Shown: positions 23,324 through 38,620, numbered from the stretch's first letter. The stretch is 64,000 nucleotides of DNA from the human T2T-CHM13v2.0 reference genome, Homo sapiens (GCF_009914755.1 NC_060925.1), one strand, 5' to 3'. Notes: generated from the sequence alone by a model not told the origin. Numbers and translations: made by a program.

Positions 23324-26300
23324 GAATTCTCAGTAACTTCCTTGTGTTGTGTGTATTCAACTGACAGAGTTGAACTTTCATTTGGAGAGAGCAGATTTGA
23401 AACACTGTTTTTGTGGAATTTGCAAGTGGAGATTTCAAGCGCTTTGGGGCCAAAGGCAGAAAAGGAAATATCTTCGTATAAAAACTAGACAGAATCATTC
23501 TCAGAAACTGCTGCGTGATGTGTGCGTTCAACTCTCAGAGTTTAACTTTTCTTTTCATTCAGCGGTTTGGAAACACTCTGTTTGTAAAGTCTGCACGTGG
23601 ATATTTTGACCACTTAGAGGCCTTCGTTGGAAACGGGTTTTTTTCATGTAAGGCTAGACAGAAGAATTCCCAGTAACTTCCTTGTGTTGTGTGCATTCAA
23701 CTCACAGAGTTGAACGTTCCCTTAGACAGAGCAGATTTGAAACACTCTATTTGTGCAATTTGCAAGTGTAGATTTCAAGCGCTTTAAGGTCAACGGCAGA
23801 AAAGGAAATATCTTCGTTTCAAAACTAGACAGAATCATTCCCACAAACTGCGTTGTGATGTGTTCGTTCAACTCACAGAGTTTAACCTTTCTGTTCATAG
23901 AGCAGTTAGGAAACACTCTGTTTGTAAAGTCTGTAAGTGGATATTCTGACATCTTGTGGCCTTCGTTGGAAACGGGATTTCTTCATATTCTGCTAGACAG
24001 AAGAATTCTCAGTAACTTCCTTGTGTTGTGTGTATTCAACTCACAGAGTTGAACGATCCTTTACACAGAGCAGACTTGAAACACTCTTTTTGTGGAATTT
24101 GCAAGTGGAGATTTCAGCCGCTTTGAGGTCAATGGTAGAAAAGGAAATATCTTCGTATAAAGACTAGACAGAATGATTCTCAGAAACTCCTTTGTGATGT
24201 GTGCGTTCAACTCACAGAGTTTAACTTTTCTTTTCAAAGAGCAGTTAGGAAACACTCTCTTTGTAAAGTCTGCAAGTGGATATTCAGACCTCTTTGAGGC
24301 CTTCGTTGGAAACGGGATTTCTTCATATTCTGCTAGACAGAAGAATTCTCAGTAACTTCCTTGTGTTGTGTGTATTCAACTCACAGAGTTGAACGATCCT
24401 TTACACAGAGCAGACTTGAAACATTCTTTTTGTGGAATTTGCAAGTGGAGATTTCAGCCGCTTTGAGGTCAATGTTAGAATAGGAAATATCTTCCTATAG
24501 AAACTAGACAGAACGATTCTCAGAAACTCCGTTGTGATGTGTGCGTTCAACTCACAGAGTTTAACCTTTCTTTTCATAGAGCAGTTAGGAAACACTCTGT
24601 TTGTAAAGTCTGCAAGTGGATATTCAGACCTCTTTGAGGCCTTCGTTGGAAACGGGATTTCTTCCTATTCTGCTAGACAGAAGAATTCTCAGTAACTTCC
24701 TTGTGTTGTGTGTATTCAACTCACAGAGTTGAACGATCCTTTACACAGAGCAGACTTGAAACACTCTTTTTGTGGAATTTGCAAGTGGAGATTTCAGCCG
24801 CTTTGAGGTCAATAGTAGAAAAGGAAATATCTTCGTAGAAAAACTAGACAGAATGATTCTCAGAAACTCCTTTGTGATGTGTGTGTTCAACTCACAGAGT
24901 TTAACCTTTCTTTTCATAGAGCAGTTAGTAAACACTCTGTTTATAAAGTCTGCAAGTGGATATTCAGACCCCTTTGAGGCCTTCGTTGGAAACGGGATTT
25001 CTTCATATTCTGCTAGACAGAAGAATTCTCAGTAACTTCCTTGTGTTGTGTGTATTCAACTGACAGAGTTGAACTTTCATTTGGAGAGAGCAGATTTGAA
25101 ACACTGTTTTTGTGGAATTTGCAAGTGGAGATTTCAAGCGCTTTGGGGCCAAAGGCAGAAAAGGAAATATCTTCGTATAAAAACTAGACAGAATCATTCT
25201 CAGAAACTGCTGCGTGATGTGTGCGTTCAACTCTCAGAGTTTAACTTTTCTTTTCATTCAGCGGTTTGGAAACACTCTGTTTGTAAAGTCTGCACGTGGA
25301 TATTTTGACCACTTAGAGGCCTTCGTTGGAAACGGGTTTTTTTCATGTAAGGCTAGACAGAAGAATTCCCAGTAACTTCCTTGTGTTGTGTGCATTCAAC
25401 TCACAGAGTTGAACGTTCCCTTAGACAGAGCAGATTTGAAACACTCTATTTGTGCAATTTGCAAGTGTAGATTTCAAGCGCTTTAAGGTCAACGGCAGAA
25501 AAGGAAATATCTTCGTTTCAAAACTAGACAGAATCATTCCCACAAACTGCGTTGTGATGTGTTCGTTCAACTCACAGAGTTTAACCTTTCTGTTCATAGA
25601 GCAGTTAGGAAACACTCTGTTTGTAAAGTCTGTAAGTGGATATTCTGACATCTTGTGGCCTTCGTTGGAAACGGGATTTCTTCATATTCTGCTAGACAGA
25701 AGAATTCTCAGTAACTTCCTTGTGTTGTGTGTATTCAACTCACAGAGTTGAACGATCCTTTACACAGAGCAGACTTGAAACACTCTTTTTGTCGAATTTG
25801 CAAGTGGAGATTTCAGCCGCTTTGAGGTCAATGGTAGAAAAGGAAACTATCTTCATATAAAGACTAGACAGAATGATTCTCAGAAAATCTTTTGTGATGT
25901 GTGCGTTCAACTCACAGAGTTTAACTTTTCTTCTCATAGAGCAGTTAGGAAACACTCTGTTTGTAAAGTCTGCAAGTGTATATTCAGACCTCTTTGAGGC
26001 CTTCGTTGGAAACGGGATTTCTTCATATTATGCTAGACAGAATAATTCTCAGTAACTTCCTTGTGTTGTGTGTATTCAACTCACAGAGTTGAAGGATCCT
26101 TTACAGAGAGCAGGCTTGAAACACTCTTTTTGTCGAATTTGCAAGTGGAGATTTCAGCCGCTTTGAGGTCAATGGTAGAATAGGAAATATCTTCTTATAG
26201 AAACTAGACAAAATGATTCTCATGAACTCCTTTGTGAAGTGTGCGTTCAACTCACAGAGTTTAACCTTTCTTTTCATAGAGCAGTTAGGAAACACTCTGT

Positions 26301-29300
26301 TTGTAAAGTCTGCAAGTGGATATTCAGACCTCCTTGAGGCCTTCGTTGGAAACGGGATTTCTTCATATTCTGCTAGACAGAAGAATTCTCATTAACTTCC
26401 TTGTGTTGTGTTTATTCAACTCACAGAGTTGAATGATCCTTTACACAGAGCAGACTTGAAACACTCTTTTTGTGGAATTTGCAAGTGGAGATTTCAGCCG
26501 CTTTGAGGTCAATGGTAGAAAAGTAAATATCTTCGTATAAAGACTAGACAGAATGATTCTCAGAAACTCCTTTGTGATGTGTGCGTTCAACTCACAGAGT
26601 TTAACCTTTCTGTTCATAGAGCAGTTAGGAAACACTCTGTTTGTAAAGTCTGCAAGTGGATATTCAGACCTCCTTGAGGCCTTCGTTGGAAACGGGATTT
26701 CTTGCTATTCTGCTAGACAGAAGAATTCTCAGTAACTTCCTTGTGTTGTGTGTATTCAACTCACAGAGTTGAACGATCCTTTACACAGAGCAGACTTGAA
26801 ACACTCTTTTTGTGGAATTTGCAAGTGGAGATTTCAGCCGCTTTGAGGTCAATAGTAGAAAAGGAAATATCTTCGTAGAAAAACTAGACAGAATGATTCT
26901 CAGAAACTCCTTTGTGATGTGTGCGTTCAACTCACAGAGTTTAACCTTTCTTTTCATAGAGCAGTTAGTAAACACTCTGTTTATAAAGTCTGCAAGTGGA
27001 TATTCAGACCCCTTTGAGGCCTTCGTTGGAAACGGGATTTCTTCATATTCTGCTAGACAGAAGAATTCTCAGTAACTTCCTTGTGTTGTGTGTATTCAAC
27101 TGACAGAGTTGAACTTTCATTTAGAGAGAGCAGATTTGAAACACTGTTTTTGTGGAATTTGCAAGTGGAGATTTCAAGCGCTTTGGGGCCAAAGGCAGAA
27201 AAGGAAATATCTTCGTATAAAAACTAGACAGAATCATTCTCAGAAACTGCTGCGTGATGTGTGCGTTCAACTCTCAGAGTTTAACTTTTCTTTTCATTCA
27301 GCGGTTTGGAAACACTCTGTTTGTAAAGTCTGCACGTGGATATTTTGACCACTTAGAGGCCTTCGTTGGAAACGGGTTTTTTTCATGTAAGGCTAGACAG
27401 AAGAATTCCCAGTAACTTCCTTGTGTTGTGTGCATTCAACTCACAGAGTTGAACGTTCCCTTAGACAGAGCAGATTTGAAACACTCTATTTGTGCAATTT
27501 GCAAGTGTAGATTTCAAGCGCTTTAAGGTCAACGGCAGAAAAGGAAATATCTTCGTTTCAAAACTAGACAGAATCATTCCCACAAACTGCGTTGTGATGT
27601 GTTCGTTCAACTCACAGAGTTTAACCTTTCTGTTCATAGAGCAGTTAGGAAACACTCTGTTTGTAAAGTCTGTAAGTGGATATTCTGACATCTTGTGGCC
27701 TTCGTTGGAAACGGGATTTCTTCATATTCTGCTAGACAGAAGAATTCTCAGTAACTTCCTTGTGTTGTGTGTATTCAACTCACAGAGTTGAACGATCCTT
27801 TACACAGAGCAGACTTGAAACACTCTTTTTGTCGAATTTGCAAGTGGAGATTTCAGCCGCTTTGAGGTCAATGGTAGAAAAGGAAACTATCTTCATATAA
27901 AGACTAGACAGAATGATTCTCAGAAAATCTTTTGTGATGTGTGCGTTCAACTCACAGAGTTTAACTTTTCTTCTCATAGAGCAGTTAGGAAACACTCTGT
28001 TTGTAAAGTCTGCAAGTGTATATTCAGACCTCTTTGAGGCCTTCGTTGGAAACGGGATTTCGTCATATTATGCTAGACAGAATAATTCTCAGTAACTTCC
28101 TTGTGTTGTGTGTATTCAACTCACAGAGTTGAAGGATCCTTTACAGAGAGCAGGCTTGAAATACTCTTTTTGTCGAATTTGCAAGTGGAGATTTCAGCCG
28201 CTTTGAGGTCAATGGTAGAATAGGAAATATCTTCTTATAGAAACTAGACAAAATGATTCTCATGAACTCCTTTGTGATGTGTGCGTTCAACTCACAGAGT
28301 TTAACCTTTCTTTTCATAGAGCAGTTAGGAAACACTCTGTTTGTAAAGTCTGCAAGTGGATATTCAGACCTCCTTGAGGCCTTCGTTGGAAACGGGATTT
28401 CTTCATATTCTGCTAGACAGAAGAATTCTCATTAACTTCCTTGTGTTGTGTTTATTCAACTCACAGAGTTGAATGATCCTTTACACAGAGCAGACTTGAA
28501 ACACTCTTTTTGTGGAATTTGCAAGTGGAGATTTCAGCCGCTTTGAGGTCAATGGTAGAATAGGAAATATCTTCCTATAGAAACTAGACAGAACGATTCT
28601 CAGAAACTCCGTTGTGATGTGTGCGTTCAACTCACAGAGTTTAACCTTTCTTTTCATAGAGCAGTTAGGAAACACTCTGTTTGTAAAGTCTGCAAGTGGA
28701 TATTCAGACCTCTTTGAGGCCTTCGTTGGAAACGGGATTTCTTCCTATTCTGCTAGACAGAAGAATTCTCAGTAACTTCCTTGTGTTGTGTGTATTCAAC
28801 TCACAGAGTTGAACGATCCTTTACACAGAGCAGACTTGAAACACTCTTTTTGTGGAATTTGCAAGTGGAGATTTCAGCCGCTTTGAGGTCAATAGTAGAA
28901 AAGGAAATATCTTCGTAGAAAAACTAGACAGAATGATTCTCAGAAACTCCTTTGTGATGTGTGTGTTCAACTCACAGAGTTTAACCTTTCTTTTCATAGA
29001 GCAGTTAGTAAACACTCTGTTTATAAAGTCTGCAAGTGGATATTCAGACCCCTTTGAGGCCTTCGTTGGAAACGGGATTTCTTCATATTCTGCTAGACAG
29101 AAGAATTCTCAGTAACTTCCTTGTGTTGTGTGTATTCAACTGACAGAGTTGAACTTTCATTTGGAGAGAGCAGATTTGAAACACTGTTTTTGTGGAATTT
29201 GCAAGTGGAGATTTCAAGCGCTTTGGGGCCCAAGGCAGAAAAGGAAATATCTTCGTATAAAAACTAGACAGAATCATTCTCAGAAACTGCTGCGTGATGT

Positions 29301-32300
29301 GTGCGTTCAACTCTCAGAGTTTAACTTTTCTTTTCATTCAGCGGTTTGGAAACACTCTGTTTGTAAAGTCTGCACGTGGATATTTTGACCACTTAGAGGC
29401 CTTCGTTGGAAACGGGTTTTTTTCATGTAAGGCTAGACAGAAGAATTCCCAGTAACTTCCTTGTGTTGTGTGCATTCAACTCACAGAGTTGAACGTTCCC
29501 TTAGACAGAGCAGATTTGAAACACTCTATTTGTGCAATTTGCAAGTGTAGATTTCAAGCGCTTTAAGGTCAACGGCAGAAAAGGAAATATCTTCGTTTCA
29601 AAACTAGACAGAATCATTCCCACAAACTGCGTTGTGATGTGTTCGTTCAACTCACAGAGTTTAACCTTTCTGTTCATAGAGCAGTTAGGAAACACTCTGT
29701 TTGTAAAGTCTGTAAGTGGATATTCTGACATCTTGTGGCCTTCGTTGGAAACGGGATTTCTTCATATTCTGCTAGACAGAAGAATTCTCAGTAACTTCCT
29801 TGTGTTGTGTGTATTCAACTCACAGAGTTGAACGATCCTTTACACAGAGCAGACTTGAAACACTCTTTTTGTCGAATTTGCAAGTGGAGATTTCAGCCGC
29901 TTTGAGGTCAATGGTAGAAAAGGAAACTATCTTCATATAAAGACTAGACAGAATGATTCTCAGAAAATCTTTTGTGATGTGTGCGTTCAACTCACAGAGT
30001 TTAACTTTTCTTCTCATAGAGCAGTTAGGAAACACTCTGTTTGTAAAGTCTGCAAGTGTATATTCAGACCTCTTTGAGGCCTTCGTTGGAAACGGGATTT
30101 CTTCATATTATGCTAGACAGAATAATTCTCAGTAACTTCCTTGTGTTGTGTGTATTCAACTCACAGAGTTGAAGGATCCTTTACAGAGAGCAGGCTTGAA
30201 ACACTCTTTTTGTCGAATTTGCAAGTGGAGATTTCAGCCGCTTTGAGGTCAATGGTAGAATAGGAAATATCTTCTTATAGAAACTAGACAAAATGATTCT
30301 CATGAACTCCTTTGTGAAGTGTGCGTTCAACTCACAGAGTTTAACCTTTCTTTTCATAGAGCAGTTAGGAAACACTCTGTTTGTAAAGTCTGCAAGTGGA
30401 TATTCAGACCTCCTTGAGGCCTTCGTTGGAAACGGGATTTCTTCATATTCTGCTAGACAGAAGAATTCTCATTAACTTCCTTGTGTTGTGTTTATTCAAC
30501 TCACAGAGTTGAATGATCCTTTACACAGAGCAGACTTGAAACACTCTTTTTGTGGAATTTGCAAGTGGAGATTTCAGCCGCTTTGAGGTCAATGGTAGAA
30601 AAGGAAATATCTTCGTATAAAGACTAGACAGAATGATTCTCAGAAACTCCTTTGTGATGTGTGCGTTCAACTCACAGAGTTTAACCTTTCTGTTCATAGA
30701 GCAGTTAGGAAACACTCTGTTTGTAAAGTCTGCAAGTGGATATTCAGACCTCCTTGAGGCCTTCGTTGGAAACGGGATTTCTTCATATTCTGCTAGACAG
30801 AAGAATTCTCAGTAACTTCCTTGTGTTGTGTGTATTCAACTCACAGAGTTGAACGATCCTTTACACAGAGCAGACTTGAAACACTCTTTTTGTGGAATTT
30901 GCAAGTGGAGATTTCAGCCGCTTTGAGGTCAATAGTAGAAAAGGAAATATCTTCGTAGAAAAACTAGACAGAATGATTCTCAGAAACTCCTTTGTGATGT
31001 GTGCGTTCAACTCACAGAGTTTAACCTTTCTTTTCATAGAGCAGTTAGTAAACACTCTGTTTATAAAGTCTGCAAGTGGATATTCAGACCCCTTTGAGGC
31101 CTTCGTTGGAAACGGGATTTCTTCATATTATGCTAGACAGAAGAATTCTCAGTAACTTCCTTGTGTTGTGTGTATTCAACTGACAGAGTTGAACTTTCAT
31201 TTAGAGAGAGCAGATTTGAAACACTGTTTTTGTGGAATTTGCAAGTGGAGATTTCAAGCGCTTTGGGGCCAAAGGCAGAAAAGGAAATATCTTCGTATAA
31301 AAACTAGACAGAATCATTCTCAGAAACTGCTGCGTGATGTGTGCGTTCAACTCTCAGAGTTTAACTTTTCTTTTCATTCAGCGGTTTGGAAACACTCTGT
31401 TTGTAAAGTCTGCACGTGGATATTTTGACCACTTAGAGGCCTTCGTTGGAAACGGGTTTTTTTCATGTAAGGCTAGACAGAAGAATTCCCAGTAACTTCC
31501 TTGTGTTGTGTGCATTCAACTCACAGAGTTGAACGTTCCCTTAGACAGAGCAGATTTGAAACACTCTATTTGTGCAATTTGCAAGTGTAGATTTCAAGCG
31601 CTTTAAGGTCAACGGCAGAAAAGGAAATATCTTCGTTTCAAAACTAGACAGAATCATTCCCACAAACTGCGTTGTGATGTGTTCGTTCAACTCACAGAGT
31701 TTAACCTTTCTGTTCATAGAGCAGTTAGGAAACACTCTGTTTGTAAAGTCTGTAAGTGGATATTCTGACATCTTGTGGCCTTCGTTGGAAACGGGATTTC
31801 TTCATATTCTGCTAGACAGAAGAATTCTCAGTAACTTCCTTGTGTTGTGTGTATTCAACTCACAGAGTTGAACGATCCTTTACACAGAGCAGACTTGAAA
31901 CACTCTTTTTGTCGAATTTGCAAGTGGAGATTTCAGCCGCTTTGAGGTCAATGGTAGAAAAGGAAACTATCTTCATATAAAGACTAGACAGAATGATTCT
32001 CAGAAAATCTTTTGTGATGTGTGCGTTCAACTCACAGAGTTTAACTTTTCTTCTCATAGAGCAGTTAGGAAACACTCTGTTTGTAAAGTCTGCAAGTGTA
32101 TATTCAGACCTCTTTGAGGCCTTCGTTGGAAACGGGATTTCGTCATATTATGCTAGACAGAATAATTCTCAGTAACTTCCTTGTGTTGTGTGTATTCAAC
32201 TCACAGAGTTGAAGGATCCTTTACAGAGAGCAGGCTTGAAATACTCTTTTTGTCGAATTTGCAAGTGGAGATTTCAGCCGCTTTGAGGTCAATGGTAGAA

Positions 32301-35300
32301 TAGGAAATATCTTCTTATAGAAACTAGACAAAATGATTCTCATGAACTCCTTTGTGATGTGTGCGTTCAACTCACAGAGTTTAACCTTTCTTTTCATAGA
32401 GCAGTTAGGAAACACTCTGTTTGTAAAGTCTGCAAGTGGATATTCAGACCTCCTTGAGGCCTTCGTTGGAAACGGGATTTCTTCATATTCTGCTAGACAG
32501 AAGAATTCTCATTAACTTCCTTGTGTTGTGTTTATTCAACTCACAGAGTTGAATGATCCTTTACACAGAGCAGACTTGAAACACTCTTTTTGTGGAATTT
32601 GCAAGTGGAGATTTCAGCCGCTTTGAGGTCAATGGTAGAATAGGAAATATCTTCCTATAGAAACTAGACAGAACGATTCTCAGAAACTCCGTTGTGATGT
32701 GTGCGTTCAACTCACAGAGTTTAACCTTTCTTTTCATAGAGCAGTTAGGAAACACTCTGTTTGTAAAGTCTGCAAGTGGATATTCAGACCTCTTTGAGGC
32801 CTTCGTTGGAAACGGGATTTCTTCCTATTCTGCTAGACAGAAGAATTCTCAGTAACTTCCTTGTGTTGTGTGTATTCAACTCACAGAGTTGAACGATCCT
32901 TTACACAGAGCAGACTTGAAACACTCTTTTTGTGGAATTTGCAAGTGGAGATTTCAGCCGCTTTGAGGTCAATAGTAGAAAAGGAAATATCTTCGTAGAA
33001 AAACTAGACAGAATGATTCTCAGAAACTCCTTTGTGATGTGTGTGTTCAACTCACAGAGTTTAACCTTTCTTTTCATAGAGCAGTTAGTAAACACTCTGT
33101 TTATAAAGTCTGCAAGTGGATATTCAGACCCCTTTGAGGCCTTCGTTGGAAACGGGATTTCTTCATATTCTGCTAGACAGAAGAATTCTCAGTAACTTCC
33201 TTGTGTTGTGTGTATTCAACTGACAGAGTTGAACTTTCATTTGGAGAGAGCAGATTTGAAACACTGTTTTTGTGGAATTTGCAAGTGGAGATTTCAAGCG
33301 CTTTGGGGCCCAAGGCAGAAAAGGAAATATCTTCGTATAAAAACTAGACAGAATCATTCTCAGAAACTGCTGCGTGATGTGTGCGTTCAACTCTCAGAGT
33401 TTAACTTTTCTTTTCATTCAGCGGTTTGGAAACACTCTGTTTGTAAAGTCTGCACGTGGATATTTTGACCACTTAGAGGCCTTCGTTGGAAACGGGTTTT
33501 TTTCATGTAAGGCTAGACAGAAGAATTCCCAGTAACTTCCTTGTGTTGTGTGCATTCAACTCACAGAGTTGAACGTTCCCTTAGACAGAGCAGATTTGAA
33601 ACACTCTATTTGTGCAATTTGCAAGTGTAGATTTCAAGCGCTTTAAGGTCAACGGCAGAAAAGGAAATATCTTCGTTTCAAAACTAGACAGAATCATTCC
33701 CACAAACTGCGTTGTGATGTGTTCGTTCAACTCACAGAGTTTAACCTTTCTGTTCATAGAACAGTTAGGAAACACTCTGTTTGTAAAGTCTGTAAGTGGA
33801 TATTCTGACATCTTGTGGCCTTCGTTGGAAACGGGATTTCTTCATATTCTGCTAGACAGAAGAATTCTCAGTAACTTCCTTGTGTTGTGTGTATTCAACT
33901 CACAGAGTTGAACGATCCTTTACACAGAGCAGACTTGAAACACTCTTTTTGTCGAATTTGCAAGTGGAGATTTCAGCCGCTTTGAGGTCAATGGTAGAAA
34001 AGGAAACTATCTTCATATAAAGACTAGACAGAATGATTCTCAGAAAATCTTTTGTGATGTGTGCGTTCAACTCACAGAGTTTAACTTTTCTTCTCATAGA
34101 GCAGTTAGGAAACACTCTGTTTGTAAAGTCTGCAAGTGTATATTCAGACCTCTTTGAGGCCTTCGTTGGAAACGGGATTTCGTCATATTATGCTAGACAG
34201 AATAATTCTCAGTAACTTCCTTGTGTTGTGTGTATTCAACTCACAGAGTTGAAGGATCCTTTACAGAGAGCAGGCTTGAAACACTCTTTTTGTCGAATTT
34301 GCAAGTGGAGATTTCAGCCGCTTTGAGGTCAATGGTAGAATAGGAAATATCTTCTTATAGAAACTAGACAAAATGATTCTCATGAACTCCTTTGTGATGT
34401 GTGCGTTCAACTCACAGAGTTTAACCTTTCTTTTCATAGAGCAGTTAGGAAACACTCTGTTTGTAAAGTCTGCAAGTGGATATTCAGACCTCCTTGAGGC
34501 CTTCGTTGGAAACGGGATTTCTTCATATTCTGCTAGACAGAAGAATTCTCATTAACTTCCTTGTGTTGTGTTTATTCAACTCACAGAGTTGAATGATCCT
34601 TTACACAGAGCAGACTTGAAACACTCTTTTTGTGGAATTTGCAAGTGGAGATTTCAGCCGCTTTGAGGTCAATGGTAGAAAAGTAAATATCTTCGTATAA
34701 AGACTAGACAGAATGATTCTCAGAAACTCCTTTGTGATGTGTGCGTTCAACTCACAGACTTTAACCTTTCTGTTCATAGAGCAGTTAGGAAACACTCTGT
34801 TTGTAAAGTCTGCAAGTGGATATTCAGACCTCCTTGAGGCCTTCGTTGGAAACGGGATTTCTTCATATTCTGCTAGACAGAAGAATTCTCAGTAACTTCC
34901 TTGTGTTGTGTGTATTCAACTCACAGAGTTGAACGATCCTTTACACAGAGCAGACTTGAAACACTCTTTTTGTGGAATTTGCAAGTGGAGATTTCAGCCG
35001 CTTTGAGGTCAATAGTAGAAAAGGAAATATCTTCGTAGAAAAACTAGACAGAATGATTCTCAGAAACTCCTTTGTGATGTGTGCGTTCAACTCACAGAGT
35101 TTAACCTTTCTTTTCATAGAGCAGTTAGTAAACACTCTGTTTATAAAGTCTGCAAGTGGATATTCAGACCCCTTTGAGGCCTTCGTTGGAAACGGGATTT
35201 CTTCATATTATGCTAGACAGAAGAATTCTCAGTAACTTCCTTGTGTTGTGTGTATTCAACTGACAGAGTTGAACTTTCATTTAGAGAGAGCAGATTTGAA

Positions 35301-38300
35301 ACACTGTTTTTGTGGAATTTGCAAGTGGAGATTTCAAGCGCTTTGGGGCCAAAGGCAGAAAAGGAAATATCTTCGTATAAAAACTAGACAGAATCATTCT
35401 CAGAAACTGCTGCGTGATGTGTGCGTTCAACTCTCAGAGTTTAACTTTTCTTTTCATTCAGCGGTTTGGAAACACTCTGTTTGTAAAGTCTGCACGTGGA
35501 TATTTTGACCACTTAGAGGCCTTCGTTGGAAACGGGTTTTTTTCATGTAAGGCTAGACAGAAGAATTCCCAGTAACTTCCTTGTGTTGTGTGCATTCAAC
35601 TCACAGAGTTGAACGTTCCCTTAGACAGAGCAGATTTGAAACACTCTATTTGTGCAATTTGCAAGTGTAGATTTCAAGCGCTTTAAGGTCAACGGCAGAA
35701 AAGGAAATATCTTCGTTTCAAAACTAGACAGAATCATTCCCACAAACTGCGTTGTGATGTGTTCGTTCAACTCACAGAGTTTAACCTTTCTGTTCATAGA
35801 GCAGTTAGGAAACACTCTGTTTGTAAAGTCTGTAAGTGGATATTCTGACATCTTGTGGCCTTCGTTGGAAACGGGATTTCTTCATATTCTGCTAGACAGA
35901 AGAATTCTCAGTAACTTCCTTGTGTTGTGTGTATTCAACTCACAGAGTTGAACGATCCTTTACACAGAGCAGACTTGAAACACTCTTTTTGTGGAATTTG
36001 CAAGTGGAGATTTCAGCCGCTTTGAGGTCAATGGTAGAAAAGGAAATATCTTCGTATAAAGACTAGACAGAATGATTCTCAGAAACTCCTTTGTGATGTG
36101 TGCGTTCAACTCACAGAGTTTAACTTTTCTTTTCAAAGAGCAGTTAGGAAACACTCTCTTTGTAAAGTCTGCAAGTGGATATTCAGACCTCTTTGAGGCC
36201 TTCGTTGGAAACGGGATTTCTTCATATTCTGCTAGACAGAAGAATTCTCAGTAACTTCCTTGTGTTGTGTGTATTCAACTCACAGAGTTGAACGATCCTT
36301 TACACAGAGCAGACTTGAAACATTCTTTTTGTGGAATTTGCAAGTGGAGATTTCAGCCGCTTTGAGTTCAATGGTAGAATAGGAAATATCTTCCTATAGA
36401 AACTAGACAGAACGATTCTCAGAAACTCCGTTGTGATGTGTGCGTTCAACTCACAGAGTTTAACCTTTCTTTTCATAGAGCAGTTAGGAAACACTCTGTT
36501 TGTAAAGTCTGCAAGTGGATATTCAGACCTCTTTGAGGCCTTCGTTGGAAACGGGATTTCTTCCTATTCTGCTAGACAGAAGAATTCTCAGTAACTTCCT
36601 TGTGTTGTGTGTATTCAACTCACAGAGTTGAACGATCCTTTACACAGAGCAGACTTGAAACACTCTTTTTGTGGAATTTGCAAGTGGAGATTTCAGCCGC
36701 TTTGAGGTCAATAGTAGAAAAGGAAATATCTTCGTAGAAAAACTAGACAGAATGATTCTCAGAAACTCCTTTGTGATGTGTGTGTTCAACTCACAGAGTT
36801 TAACCTTTCTTTTCATAGAGCAGTTAGTAAACACTCTGTTTATAAAGTCTGCAAGTGGATATTCAGACCCCTTTGAGGCCTTCGTTGGAAACGGGATTTC
36901 TTCATATTCTGCTAGACAGAAGAATTCTCAGTAACTTCCTTGTGTTGTGTGTATTCAACTGACAGAGTTGAACTTTCATTTAGAGAGAGCAGATTTGAAA
37001 CACTGTTTTTGTGGAATTTGCAAGTGGAGATTTCAAGCGCTTTGGGGCCAAAGGCAGAAAAGGAAATATCTTCGTATAAAAACTAGACAGAATCATTCTC
37101 AGAAACTGCTGCGTGATGTGTGCGTTCAACTCTCAGAGTTTAACTTTTCTTTTCATTCAGCGGTTTGGAAACACTCTGTTTGTAAAGTCTGCACGTGGAT
37201 ATTTTGACCACTTAGAGGCCTTCGTTGGAAACGGGTTTTTTTCATGTAAGGCTAGACAGAAGAATTCCCAGTAACTTCCTTGTGTTGTGTGCATTCAACT
37301 CACAGAGTTGAACGTTCCCTTAGACAGAGCAGATTTGAAACACTCTATTTGTGCAATTTGCAAGTGTAGATTTCAAGCGCTTTAAGGTCAACGGCAGAAA
37401 AGGAAATATCTTCGTTTCAAAACTAGACAGAATCATTCCCACAAACTGCGTTGTGATGTGTTCGTTCAACTCACAGAGTTTAACCTTTCTGTTCATAGAG
37501 CAGTTAGGAAACACTCTGTTTGTAAAGTCTGTAAGTGGATATTCTGACATCTTGTGGCCTTCGTTGGAAACGGGATTTCTTCATATTCTGCTAGACAGAA
37601 GAATTCTCAGTAACTTCCTTGTGTTGTGTGTATTCAACTCACAGAGTTGAACGATCCTTTACACAGAGCAGACTTGAAACACTCTTTTTGTGGAATTTGC
37701 AAGTGGAGATTTCAGCCGCTTTGAGGTCAATGGTAGAAAAGGAAATATCTTCGTATAAAGACTAGACAGAATGATTCTCAGAAACTCCTTTGTGATGTGT
37801 GCGTTCAACTCACAGAGTTTAACTTTTCTTTTCAAAGAGCAGTTAGGAAACACTCTCTTTGTAAAGTCTGCAAGTGGATATTCAGACCTCTTTGAGGCCT
37901 TCGTTGGAAACGGGATTTCTTCATATTCTGCTAGACAGAAGAATTCTCAGTAACTTCCTTGTGTTGTGTGTATTCAACTCACAGAGTTGAACGATCCTTT
38001 ACACAGAGCAGACTTGAAACATTCTTTTTGTGGAATTTGCAAGTGGAGATTTCAGCCGCTTTGAGGTCAATGGTAGAATAGGAAATATCTTCCTATAGAA
38101 ACTAGACAGAACGATTCTCAGAAACTCCGTTGTGATGTGTGCGTTCAACTCACAGAGTTTAACCTTTCTTTTCATAGAGCAGTTAGGAAACACTCTGTTT
38201 GTAAAGTCTGCAAGTGGATATTCAGACCTCTTTGAGGCCTTCGTTGGAAACGGGATTTCTTCCTATTCTGCTAGACAGAAGAATTCTCAGTAACTTCCTT

Positions 38301-38620
38301 GTGTTGTGTGTATTCAACTCACAGAGTTGAACGATCCTTTACACAGAGCAGACTTGAAACACTCTTTTTGTGGAATTTGCAAGTGGAGATTTCAGCCGCT
38401 TTGAGGTCAATAGTAGAAAAGGAAATATCTTCGTAGAAAAACTAGACAGAATGATTCTCAGAAACTCCTTTGTGATGTGTGTGTTCAACTCACAGAGTTT
38501 AACCTTTCTTTTCATAGAGCAGTTAGTAAACACTCTGTTTATAAAGTCTGCAAGTGGATATTCAGACCCCTTTGAGGCCTTCGTTGGAAACGGGATTTCT
38601 TCATATTCTGCTAGACAGAA

